Positions 1-7,630 of a stretch of DNA of 25,810 nucleotides are shown one piece after another. The first letter of the stretch is position 1, and each line of letters starts with the position of its first letter. Location: the NCBI GenBank assembly GCA_964401865.1, contig CAYNZZ010000016.1:1-25810 (forward strand), in the 5' to 3' direction. Made by a program: the position numbers and the translations under genes. The DNA comes from an uncultured Erysipelotrichaceae bacterium. Lineage in GTDB: Bacteria > Bacillota_I > Bacilli_A > Erysipelotrichales > Erysipelotrichaceae. Under the pieces are notes generated by a model. It had not been told where the DNA came from, did not search any database, and worked only from the letters and a program-made list of their open reading frames with translations.

Positions 1-115
1 TTTTTACAATTTCATTTGTGTCTATATTTCTTTTAAAATCTCCTTTATGAATATAGCAATGCAAACATCCATCACTACATTTTTTACAGCCTCGCCAAGG
101 ATTCCACATTGTCAT
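1..115 (-). CDS. DUF5131 / phage Gp37-Gp68 family protein, first 38 codons only (gene runs off the left edge)
   Basis: Minus-strand ATG at 115-113, 8 nt downstream of AGGAG (revcomp of 124-128). Translation MTMWNPWRGCKKCSDGCLHCYIHKGDFKRNIDTNEIVK fits the conserved WNPW-x-GC...GC-x2-CY N-terminus of this family as I recall it. Absent from the ORF track because the window truncates it. Confidence 0.65.
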   Translation of the reverse strand, partial: MTMWNPWRGCKKCSDGCLHCYIHKGDFKRNIDTNEIVK

Positions 116-284
116 AAACATCACTCCTAGAATCTTGATTTTTCGTAATTGTACGGAACACCTGTCCCTACAACAACTTCTTCTATTTTTTCTATAATTA
201 GCCAGTCATCCATATTTCCCTGATGATCAAATCTAATAGCTCAATACTTTCTACATTATCGAATTTCACTAAACATAGGCATTT

Positions 285-500
285 TTGTGCCATCTTTCTT
301 TTTATTTATCAGTTAATTGTAATTTACTTATCAAAATAGCCTCTCAAGCTGATAAAATCGCTGAATTAAATGAATGGAAATCTGATCATACAGTTCAAAT
401 AGCTGAAGCTAATATGAATATTAAACTTTTAGAGGATAAAACAAGTGAAATTAATGATTTAAAAAACGAGCTAGCCATTACTATAGTATCAGTTATTTAA
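285..500 (+). pseudogene. Possible 3' fragment of a coiled-coil protein gene (no credible start)
   Basis: The frame opens at 279 after a TAG. The only start is TTG 285, with no Shine-Dalgarno. The C-terminal part (QADKIAELNEWKSDHTVQIAEANMNIKLLEDKTSEINDLKNELA) looks like genuine heptad-type protein sequence. It lies in a region of other broken ORFs. Confidence 0.2.
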
Positions 501-539
501 ATTACCATAATATTTTTAGCGTTTGTAAACGAATTATAT

Positions 540-986
540 TTATCTAAGAGCATATTTATTCATCAAAAGAATAAATATAGCTGTTGTTAAAATGAAAATT
601 AGCACAATAGGGATAAATATCATATTAAAATATTTAACCTTTTCAACGAAAAGTCCTACCACAAATATAACTAATACAATAACTAAAACTATATATAATT
701 CTTTTTTTAAATTATATATTCTATTTTTTAATACATTTAAACCATCATCACTAGCTTTAACTTTTTTTACAAACGAGTTTATCAAATATACTGCTATTGT
801 GATTCCTAATAAATCGGTCAACAAATAGAACATAAAGTCATCAAATAATTCAAAGAAATCTATCCTGATGCTTGTTAAATTATACAGGAATTCACTTCCT
901 AGAAATTTACCTGTTAAAAACACTATTATCGTAAAAGAAACAGCGGTAAGAAATATGCTTGTATAAATTTTTTTAGTGTTAATCAT
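540..986 (-). CDS. Small polytopic membrane protein (about 148 aa, about 4 TM helices), family not recognised
   Basis: ORF track 540..995. I prefer ATG at 986-984, which overlaps the upstream TGA stop as ATGA (983-986), indicating translational coupling. There are four long hydrophobic stretches (e.g. IFLTAVSFTIIVFL, LLGITIAVYLI, LYIVLVIVLVIFVVGLF, IFIPIVLIFILTTAIFILL). Confidence 0.55.
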   Translation of the reverse strand: MINTKKIYTSIFLTAVSFTIIVFLTGKFLGSEFLYNLTSIRIDFFELFDDFMFYLLTDLLGITIAVYLINSFVKKVKASDDGLNVLKNRIYNLKKELYIVLVIVLVIFVVGLFVEKVKYFNMIFIPIVLIFILTTAIFILLMNKYALR

Positions 987-1342
987 AACTCGCAAACATC
1001 TAATTCTTCATAATAATTTGTGCAAACTTTATCTATGCTGATTTTGCATGCAATCCATACCTCAGCTTTACAAATTATGGCTATTAAAGGTTTTCCAACT
1101 AGTGAAAAGTAATTACATTCTTTTCCTACGAAATATGAACAGCCATAATCATTGTGGATTCCGATTTTCGTTTCATATTTTGTACAAGTGTATTTTGAGC
1201 AAATATAAACCGGACCTTTAGCATCGAGATAAACATTATTCTTTGTATCTTCAATTAAATCGAAAGATGAAAGAATATTTTCATCAGAATAAACAATCAT
1301 TGCAACCGAAATATTCCCCTTATCATCTCCAACGATTACCAA
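983..1342 (-). CDS. Cys-rich hypothetical protein (8 Cys in the last 72 aa), family not recognised, 5' end uncertain or possibly disrupted
   Basis: ORF track 119 aa. The start is TTG 1342-1340 with no SD, and the frame opens only after TAG 1388-1386. An out-of-frame ATG at 1365-1363 reads MKKIHLNTW-stop. No signal peptide or TM segment. The stop overlaps the start of the next gene. Confidence 0.4.
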   Translation of the reverse strand: MVIVGDDKGNISVAMIVYSDENILSSFDLIEDTKNNVYLDAKGPVYICSKYTCTKYETKIGIHNDYGCSYFVGKECNYFSLVGKPLIAIICKAEVWIACKISIDKVCTNYYEELDVCEL

Positions 1343-1437
1343 GTATTTAGATGTATCTTCTTCATTTAATGTTTCTGTTTTGTGCCTAGGTATGTGATGA
1401 TAAGTTATTTTAATACATTTTTATCTTTCTATATTTA

Positions 1438-1466
1438 ATTTTAACATTAATGAATTTCTTTGACAA
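1438..1466 (-). promoter_or_regulatory. Sigma-A-type promoter for the Cys-rich/4-TM pair
   Basis: Minus strand reads TTGTCA (1466-1461), a 17-nt spacer, then TAAAAT (1443-1438). It sits about 95 nt upstream of TTG 1342. The plus strand carries TTGACA (1460-1465) and TATAAT (1475-1480) in the same divergent region. Confidence 0.4.
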
Positions 1467-1524
1467 TTACTAGGTATAATATTAACTAGAAACACTTATT
1501 ACAACGAGATAAAAGGTGGCACTA

Positions 1525-1578
1525 ATGAATTATTTAGAGAAATATTTTAAAAAAAATCGTTATACAACGATTATTTAA
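1525..1578 (+). CDS. 17-aa upstream mini-ORF (MNYLEKYFKKNRYTTII)
   Basis: ATG 1525 is preceded by AAAGGTGG with 5-nt spacing, a very good SD. TAA at 1576-1578. It ends 30 nt before the zinc-ribbon gene. Could be a leader peptide or the stump of a lost gene. Confidence 0.2.
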   Translation: MNYLEKYFKKNRYTTII

Positions 1579-1608
1579 AAACGATAAAGAGAAAGTAGGG
1601 AGTTCTGA

Positions 1609-1821
1609 ATGCAAAGACTTAAAGTAAATAAAGCGAAGTGTAAAAGATGTGGAGATATTATCGAGAGCAAGACTGTTCACGACTTCAAAACTTGCTCGTG
1701 TGGAGCTATATCTGTTGATGGCGGACTAGATTATCTTGCTCGTAGTTGTATTAGTAAAGATTACATCATCGAATTAAGCGAATATTACGATGATGAAGTT
1801 CAAGAAAAAAGTGTGATATAA
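1609..1821 (+). CDS. Small zinc-ribbon protein (CxxC ... CxC), phage/accessory-type
   Basis: ORF track 70 aa. SD GGGAG lies upstream of ATG 1609. CKRCGDIIESKTVHDFKTCSCGAISVDGG carries the four-Cys pattern, followed by DGG-x-DY, seen in small phage-associated zinc-ribbon proteins. Confidence 0.65.
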   Translation: MQRLKVNKAKCKRCGDIIESKTVHDFKTCSCGAISVDGGLDYLARSCISKDYIIELSEYYDDEVQEKSVI

Positions 1822-1937
1822 TAATTATCGTAAGCTTGACCGACTAAACCTTTGGTTTTGGTGATTGGGAGTAGGAGTGACATTACGATAGCTAGGATAA
1901 TGGATGACTGTCACAGGGGCTATAATCGTTAAATTGA

Positions 1938-2153
1938 AACAAGACCTTAATTGGTCTTTTCTTTATCGAGAAAGTCGTCTGCAAGACTCCTCGAAGAGTA
2001 CCCGAGCTTTTGACACTTGTGTCAAAAACCATAGATGAATTGATACAAGCAATTGAAGATTATATTTATTACTATAACAATGATAGAATCAAAAGCAGAT
2101 TAAAAGGCTTAACACCTATGGAATATAGGGATCAAGCCTTAATTGGTTCTTAG
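1938..2153 (+). pseudogene. IS3-family transposase remnant (C-terminal end of the rve/integrase-core ORF)
   Basis: Open frame 1938-2153 with no start codon. From 2028 it reads TIDELIQAIEDYIYYYNNDRIKSRLKGLTPMEYRDQALIGS-stop, the characteristic C-terminus of IS3/IS150-group OrfB. The upstream catalytic part is missing. Weak WV-SDIT-like trace at 1840-1900. Confidence 0.6.
1941..1965 (+). terminator. Weak rho-independent terminator-like hairpin
   Basis: AAGACC (1941-1946), loop TTAATT, GGTCTT (1953-1958), followed by TTCTTTAT. Could terminate the zinc-ribbon transcript after a ~120-nt 3' UTR. Confidence 0.35.
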
Positions 2154-2211
2154 AGCTTAACTTGTCCAAATAACTGGGTTCAGTTCAACTTTTTTGTTTT
2201 TTAGCAGTATA

Positions 2212-2580
2212 TTATTTGTCCATTTTCCATAAGCCATGAAGATTGCAATATGCATAAATATCAATAACTTCACATTTCTTACATAATTTAACTTTTGGTT
2301 CATCGCCAGCATGGAAATGATATGTGCGATAATGAGTCCCATAATCGACAACAATCCATTCAATGTAATGTTCTTCAGTCATTGGATGAACAACCGATCC
2401 AACCACTGCATAGCGTTTTCCGTCTTCTTCAACAATTACTGGTTTATGCTTTTCGACTACCGCTTCTTTAGTGTTTGGCACCAATTCATCCATCATAGAG
2501 CCACAGCACATTACCGGAACTCCAGAATCTGTTAGTTTAGTGATGATGTTGCCGCAATGTTTGCAAATATAGAATTTCAT
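2212..2580 (-). CDS. dfx: Desulfoferrodoxin (2Fe superoxide reductase)
   Basis: 122 aa. N-terminal desulforedoxin-type CxxC...CC (CKHCGN...MCCG). Centre II ligands fit EEHYIEWI...H...CNLHGLW. SD AAGGA upstream of ATG 2580. Confidence 0.9.
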   Translation of the reverse strand: MKFYICKHCGNIITKLTDSGVPVMCCGSMMDELVPNTKEAVVEKHKPVIVEEDGKRYAVVGSVVHPMTEEHYIEWIVVDYGTHYRTYHFHAGDEPKVKLCKKCEVIDIYAYCNLHGLWKMDK

Positions 2581-2632
2581 ATTTATATCCTTCTTTCTTT
2601 ATTTAATTATAACCCATTTAACAATCATTGTC

Positions 2633-5600
2633 TCATTCAACGCTCTTCAATGACTCAACCATCTTAACCCTCTTTAGACTCCTAGACATAATTATCAAAA
2701 CGATAATCGTGAATCCAATGGTAATTAAAAAGGCATAAGTATATGACAGCAACGAGATATTTTCTCCGAACATTATCATATCCATATCAATTATTTTCAT
2801 GACAAATCCTAGTTCAAGTTTACCCAACGGCATACCGAATATAGCTCCAAGTAAAGTTAAAAACAAGATTTCTTTAAAGATATAGGAATTAACTTCATAA
2901 TCATAGAATCCTAAAACCTTAAATGTTGCTATCTCTCTAATTCGCTCTGAAATATTTACTTCACTTAAATTAATCAACACAACGAGCGCAAGAGAACCGG
3001 CTGCAAATATGATGACTAGAATAATCAAATCCAATGCACCTATCATAGTTTGAAAATTATCGATTACACTATCAAAATTGACAATCGACACAATTTCCTC
3101 TCTACCTTCGTAATCATTCATGAGTTGCTTGGAATCATTAGCAATAACAGCTATCTTATCGTTTTCTACCCGCTCATTAAACAATTGCTGATATGTATTT
3201 TCGGACATAAACAGATAATGTTGGAAATAAATTTCACATATAGCCTCAACTTTAACATCTTTTTTAATTCCATTAAGCGATTCAATCGTTATTGAATCAC
3301 CGACTGAAATGTTGTGTAAGCGAGCAAATTTTTCTGAAATAATTACACCATCATTGGCAATATTATATTCCTCGTGTCCATTTCTGCTTCTTAAATTCAC
3401 CACCCGCTTAATTTCGTTTTCATCAAAGACATTAACAGTAATTATCGGTTCGTTATCTAAATATACTTTTGAAGAGTATTCCATGAATTCGACAGCAGCG
3501 TCGACATTTGAATCACTCTTCAATTCATCAATTATCTCCTGAGAATCATCTTTATCTTCTAAGGTGATAGTTTCGTTATAATTAAATATTTCACTATACT
3601 GAATATCTATAATATCTGAAATAGAATCTTTAATTCCAAAACCAAGAACTAGAAGCGAAGTACATCCAGCAACGCCAATTACTGTCATTAAAAATCTCGA
3701 TTTATATCTGAAAATATTTCTGGCATTTATCTTAGTGATAAAAGATAGATTCTTCCAAATAAACGATATTTTTTCTAAAAAGATCTTCTTACCCTTTTTA
3801 GGTGCTTTAGGACGCATCAATTCTGCCGGTTTAGATTTTAATAAATCAGATGCCACAACATAGGTTACCAACATCATCAAAAGAGTAAACGATAGCGTTC
3901 CTAAAAAGAAAATATGAATCGGCATAACCATTTTCATTGACGGAAGAACATACATTAAACCCCAAGTATTGTAAATAATGGTTGGATATATCGCCATACC
4001 AATAGGTATACCAATTAGCGAACCGACAATTGAAGCACAGAATGCGTAAATAAGATACTTAGATATAATCTTTTGACGAGAAAATCCCAAAGCACTAAAA
4101 ATACCAATTTGTCCTCTTTCTTCATCGATCAATCGTGTCATTGTGGTCAAGCAAACAAGAGCTGCGACCAAAAAGAACAGCAACGGAAATACATTACCAA
4201 TGCTTGCCATTTGATCAATCGTTCCAGAATACAAAGTACCACTAAATGTTTCATTTCGTTTTAAGATCGTCCATTTGGCATCAGGCAAATCTAATATATC
4301 CTGCTTCGCCTTAGCAATATCCACTTCAGCATCAGCGACTTTATCGGCTAATTCTTTTTTGGCATCTTTAATTTCTTCAACACCATCATAGTACTCTGCC
4401 CAACCTTCTTTTAAGTCAGCCTTAGCTTCTTCTAGCTCGTTTCTAGCATTGGCTAATTGTTTTTCACCATCACTTATTTGTCTTTCACCATCATTTATTT
4501 GTTTTTGAGCGTTATTTAAAGTTTCTAGACTTTTTTCTAATCCAATTCTGCCGTTATAGAGTTCATTCAAATCAGATACATTTGACGATATCGCTTCTTG
4601 CATACCGATAAGCGATTGTTTCAACGCCTCCATATTATCATCCGTAAAAAAAGCTTGATTCAAAATACCGTCAATGCTTGTTGAATGCTTTATAGTCATT
4701 TGAATTGCACTATTCTTGAATTCTTCACTCACTCCATAATTAAGATAAGTTTCTTTAATGGCTGTCGCATCAATAATGAGTGAATTATTAGGCATTTTTA
4801 AAGGTTCGATGCTTTTCTCCAAACCTGAAAAAAGATTAGATATTAATGTAGCATTACCAGGATCTTGCTCCTCCATCATTTTTAACAAATACTTAAAACC
4901 ATCACTAGCTAATGATTTTTGGATAATATCAAGTTCATTATTTATTTCGTTTGTCTGAGTTATTATTTCATCAATTGAAGACGTAAATTCATCTTCTTCA
5001 AGTGGTAAAGTCATTGAACTTGTATCTTCCGGAATATTATCAGCTAACTCTATGAGCTTGTTTTTTAAATTGGAATAATCATCAACAAATTTCAAGTTAT
5101 CTTCGATGTTTTTAGCGCTGCTATCAGCTTCGTTAATGATACGATAGGCTTCATCAAAAGACATTTCAAAACCTTCTTCAACTTTAGCTATTCCATCATT
5201 CACTCTATCTAAGCCGTCATTATATTCTTTCCAACCATTTGCAAGTTCTTTTTTAGAATCTTCCAATTTTTGTTTATTCTCAGCTAATAATTTTGTATTA
5301 TCTGCAATTTCTTTACTTCCATCATCAATTTTTCTTTGTCCATCAAGTAAAGTATAGTAAGCATCAGATAATTTTCTTTCGACATTGGCTATTTCTTTTT
5401 CAGCATCAGCTCTTTCTTCATTCAATGTCTTTTCGGCATCGGCTATTTCTTCGTTGACGTCTTTTAAAATATCATTCTTAAGGTAATTTTCCTGAACATT
5501 TGCCATTTTTTCTATTTCAGGCATCACAGTATCAATTACATTATCATATTTTTTAGAATAGGATACTTCCTCTTTGGCATCTTCAATTGTCAAATATACC

Positions 5601-6220
5601 GTTGTGTAGTAATCAGCCACAAAGTTGCTATTATCAACAAATAAAACCGTTCCTAACATCAAGTTCTTAAATGTTGATGTCTCTTGAGTTCTGGCAAGGT
5701 ATTGTGGCGATTTCACTTTACCCACCACTGTGTACTTGGTATTTTTTAAGTTATCTTCAATTTCATCATCATTATACACTTCAACAAAACTGCCGATATC
5801 AACCCTTCCTCCAAGCTGACTGCCATGAAGTACAAGGGCCTCATTAGGATTGGTCGGCATACGTCCTTCAATTAACTCGAACTTATTAATGTTGGTATCT
5901 ATTTCACTGACTCTTACAACAAATTGCGATGAATCGTCGGTTTTGCCATAAGCATCAACAAACTTAGATCCTTCAACTTCCTTAACCCCTTTAACATTTG
6001 CGATGACTTTTAAATCCTCGTCGCAAAAACCAAAAGATGAATATATCTGTACATCCATTAAATTATATTCATCATTATAAACATCGACCGATTCTTCTAA
6101 CATTGGCGACGAACTCATCAGTCCAACCATAAATCCAGAGCCGATTAAAACCATCAACAATAAAGTGATAAAGCGTTTGATAGTTCGTTTAATCAATCGA
6201 AAAGTATCTTTAGTAAACAT
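2633..6220 (-). CDS. MacB-type ABC transporter permease, fused double FtsX module with a very long extracellular coiled-coil insert
   Basis: 1195 aa. TM1 (ITLLLMVLIGSGFMVGL), a large extracytoplasmic region, then a 3-TM FtsX bundle. This is followed by a second TM, an extracellular domain and another 3-TM FtsX bundle ending the protein. The start overlaps the ATPase stop (TAATG at 6218-6222). Confidence 0.9.
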   Translation of the reverse strand: MFTKDTFRLIKRTIKRFITLLLMVLIGSGFMVGLMSSSPMLEESVDVYNDEYNLMDVQIYSSFGFCDEDLKVIANVKGVKEVEGSKFVDAYGKTDDSSQFVVRVSEIDTNINKFELIEGRMPTNPNEALVLHGSQLGGRVDIGSFVEVYNDDEIEDNLKNTKYTVVGKVKSPQYLARTQETSTFKNLMLGTVLFVDNSNFVADYYTTVYLTIEDAKEEVSYSKKYDNVIDTVMPEIEKMANVQENYLKNDILKDVNEEIADAEKTLNEERADAEKEIANVERKLSDAYYTLLDGQRKIDDGSKEIADNTKLLAENKQKLEDSKKELANGWKEYNDGLDRVNDGIAKVEEGFEMSFDEAYRIINEADSSAKNIEDNLKFVDDYSNLKNKLIELADNIPEDTSSMTLPLEEDEFTSSIDEIITQTNEINNELDIIQKSLASDGFKYLLKMMEEQDPGNATLISNLFSGLEKSIEPLKMPNNSLIIDATAIKETYLNYGVSEEFKNSAIQMTIKHSTSIDGILNQAFFTDDNMEALKQSLIGMQEAISSNVSDLNELYNGRIGLEKSLETLNNAQKQINDGERQISDGEKQLANARNELEEAKADLKEGWAEYYDGVEEIKDAKKELADKVADAEVDIAKAKQDILDLPDAKWTILKRNETFSGTLYSGTIDQMASIGNVFPLLFFLVAALVCLTTMTRLIDEERGQIGIFSALGFSRQKIISKYLIYAFCASIVGSLIGIPIGMAIYPTIIYNTWGLMYVLPSMKMVMPIHIFFLGTLSFTLLMMLVTYVVASDLLKSKPAELMRPKAPKKGKKIFLEKISFIWKNLSFITKINARNIFRYKSRFLMTVIGVAGCTSLLVLGFGIKDSISDIIDIQYSEIFNYNETITLEDKDDSQEIIDELKSDSNVDAAVEFMEYSSKVYLDNEPIITVNVFDENEIKRVVNLRSRNGHEEYNIANDGVIISEKFARLHNISVGDSITIESLNGIKKDVKVEAICEIYFQHYLFMSENTYQQLFNERVENDKIAVIANDSKQLMNDYEGREEIVSIVNFDSVIDNFQTMIGALDLIILVIIFAAGSLALVVLINLSEVNISERIREIATFKVLGFYDYEVNSYIFKEILFLTLLGAIFGMPLGKLELGFVMKIIDMDMIMFGENISLLSYTYAFLITIGFTIIVLIIMSRSLKRVKMVESLKSVE

Positions 6221-6921
6221 TAGTACTCTATATCCTCAGCATTCTTTGGATTTTCATTTTTCTTTATTGAAGTTATTTTTCCAGATTTAACACGAATAAT
6301 CGTATCGCCAATATCTGCCAAAGCACTATTATGAGTAATCATAATAACAGTGATTCCATGTATTTTTGACATATCCTGTAAAACTTTCAGTATTTGTTTA
6401 CCAGTAACATAATCTAATGCACCAGTTGGTTCGTCACATAATAATAACTTTGGATTTTTGGCAACCGCCCTAGCGATTGCGACACGCTGTTGTTCACCAC
6501 CAGAAAGCTGGGCAGGGAAGTTAGAAGCACGCTCACTCAATCCAACCATCTTTAAAACTTCATCAGCATCTAAAGGATTCTTACAAATTTGTCTTGCTAA
6601 CTCGACATTTTCATAGGCAGTCAAATTCTGCACCAAATTATAAAATTGAAAAATAAAGCCAATATCATGACGACGATATTCACATAATTGCTTATCGTTA
6701 GCTTTTGAAACATCTCGTCCATCAACAATAATTGAACCTTTTGTGACCGTATCCATACCACCCAAAAGATTCAATATAGTAGTTTTTCCAGCACCAGATG
6801 CACCAAGCACAACCACAAAATTTCCCTTTTCAACTGTAAAGGAAATATCATTAACCGCATATATATCGACTTCACCTACACGATATATTTTAGAAACATT
6901 ATTAAATTCTATAAATGCCAT
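6220..6921 (-). CDS. ABC transporter ATP-binding protein (MacB/LolD/FtsE-like)
   Basis: Walker [10 protein letters not shown], signature [14 protein letters not shown], Walker [14 protein letters not shown]-loop ITHN. Confidence 0.95.
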   Translation of the reverse strand: MAFIEFNNVSKIYRVGEVDIYAVNDISFTVEKGNFVVVLGASGAGKTTILNLLGGMDTVTKGSIIVDGRDVSKANDKQLCEYRRHDIGFIFQFYNLVQNLTAYENVELARQICKNPLDADEVLKMVGLSERASNFPAQLSGGEQQRVAIARAVAKNPKLLLCDEPTGALDYVTGKQILKVLQDMSKIHGITVIMITHNSALADIGDTIIRVKSGKITSIKKNENPKNAEDIEY

Positions 6922-6930
6922 TTCAAACTC

Positions 6931-7566
6931 CTAATAATTATTATCAAAAATCAAAATAGATGTAAAAGACCTAAAATACGATCTCACAACCCACTTAAGT
7001 CTTTCTTTGGAAAGAATTGTATTTTTCAAACATTCAGAAACACCTCTAAAGATAGAAACAGATAAACTTTTGCCCAATAAATCAATTTCTTCTTTTAGTA
7101 ATTTAAAATGGTTTTTCTTACTGATAAAATAAGAAATCAGCTTTGAAAACCATCCCAAAATATCATCATTAATCATCGAATGCATCATAAGTATTTCCAT
7201 TTCTTCCTGATGAGCGAAATATATGTCTACTAACGCATCGGCAATATTATCAAAAATATTATCCAATGTTTCGATATTCAACTCAAAATCAAAATCAAGA
7301 TTATCAAAAGTTATATCAAAATTTGCGCTGTTAGATATACTGTTTTCTATCTCTTTTAAAGTCGGTGATACAATAGTTTGAATCAAAGAGTCTTTACTAT
7401 CAAAATAGCGATATAAATTCCCTACTGTCATATTAGATAAAGTCGCTATTCTACGCATTGATGCATCACGATATCCGTGATCAAGAAGTTCTTTTTTTGC
7501 CGCTTTAATAATCGAATTTCGCATTTCTTCTTTAAGTATCTGAGCCATAAATAAACCTATGTTCAT
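6931..7566 (-). CDS. TetR/AcrR family transcriptional regulator
   Basis: N-terminal HTH region (RNSIIKAAKKELLDHGYRDASMRRIATLSNMTVGNLYRYFDSKDSL) is typical of TetR. It sits directly upstream of the ABC pair. The start may be ATG 7566 (no SD, possibly leaderless) or ATG 7548. Confidence 0.85.
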   Translation of the reverse strand: MNIGLFMAQILKEEMRNSIIKAAKKELLDHGYRDASMRRIATLSNMTVGNLYRYFDSKDSLIQTIVSPTLKEIENSISNSANFDITFDNLDFDFELNIETLDNIFDNIADALVDIYFAHQEEMEILMMHSMINDDILGWFSKLISYFISKKNHFKLLKEEIDLLGKSLSVSIFRGVSECLKNTILSKERLKWVVRSYFRSFTSILIFDNNY

Positions 7567-7570
7567 TATT

Positions 7571-7599
7571 AGTATATTTAAGAATTAAAGATTTGTAAA
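7571..7599 (-). promoter_or_regulatory. Candidate promoter of the TetR-ABC operon
   Basis: Minus strand reads TTTACA (7599-7594), a 17-nt spacer, then TATACT (7576-7571). Only 4 nt separate the -10 from ATG 7566. Confidence 0.35.
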
Positions 7600-7628
7600 C
7601 AAAAAGACTGCAATAGAGCAGTCTTTTT
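7595..7628 (-). terminator. Rho-independent terminator after rpsO (symmetric, potentially bidirectional)
   Basis: An 11-bp stem, AAAAAGACTGC (7601-7611) pairing with GCAGTCTTTTT (7618-7628), with a 6-nt loop. On the minus strand it is followed by a TTTTTGTTT run. Confidence 0.8.
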
Positions 7629-7630
7629 CA

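Noticed and set aside
1835-1925. GC-richer segment with a GTGACA...TGTCAC inverted repeat, considered as a tRNA, riboswitch or retron-type ncRNA
   Set aside because: It has no T-loop or anticodon architecture, no downstream regulated gene and no reverse transcriptase nearby. It is more economically explained as IS or foreign DNA debris. A covariance-model scan would be needed to say more.
2157-2363. 68-aa minus-strand ORF overlapping the 3' end of dfx
   Set aside because: It is out of frame with a well-supported desulfoferrodoxin gene, has no SD, and its translation is not protein-like.
2581-2632. PerR/Fur-like box (TTATAATTAAATAAA) upstream of dfx
   Set aside because: Only the first half resembles the TTATAAT-N-ATTATAA consensus and the second half has multiple mismatches. 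The TATAAT is more simply a -10 element.
4290-5510. Coiled-coil region of the permease, considered as an inserted foreign gene or DNA tandem repeat
   Set aside because: It is in frame and continuous with both flanking FtsX parts. The similarity between the two arms is at the level of short peptide motifs, not nucleotide repeats.
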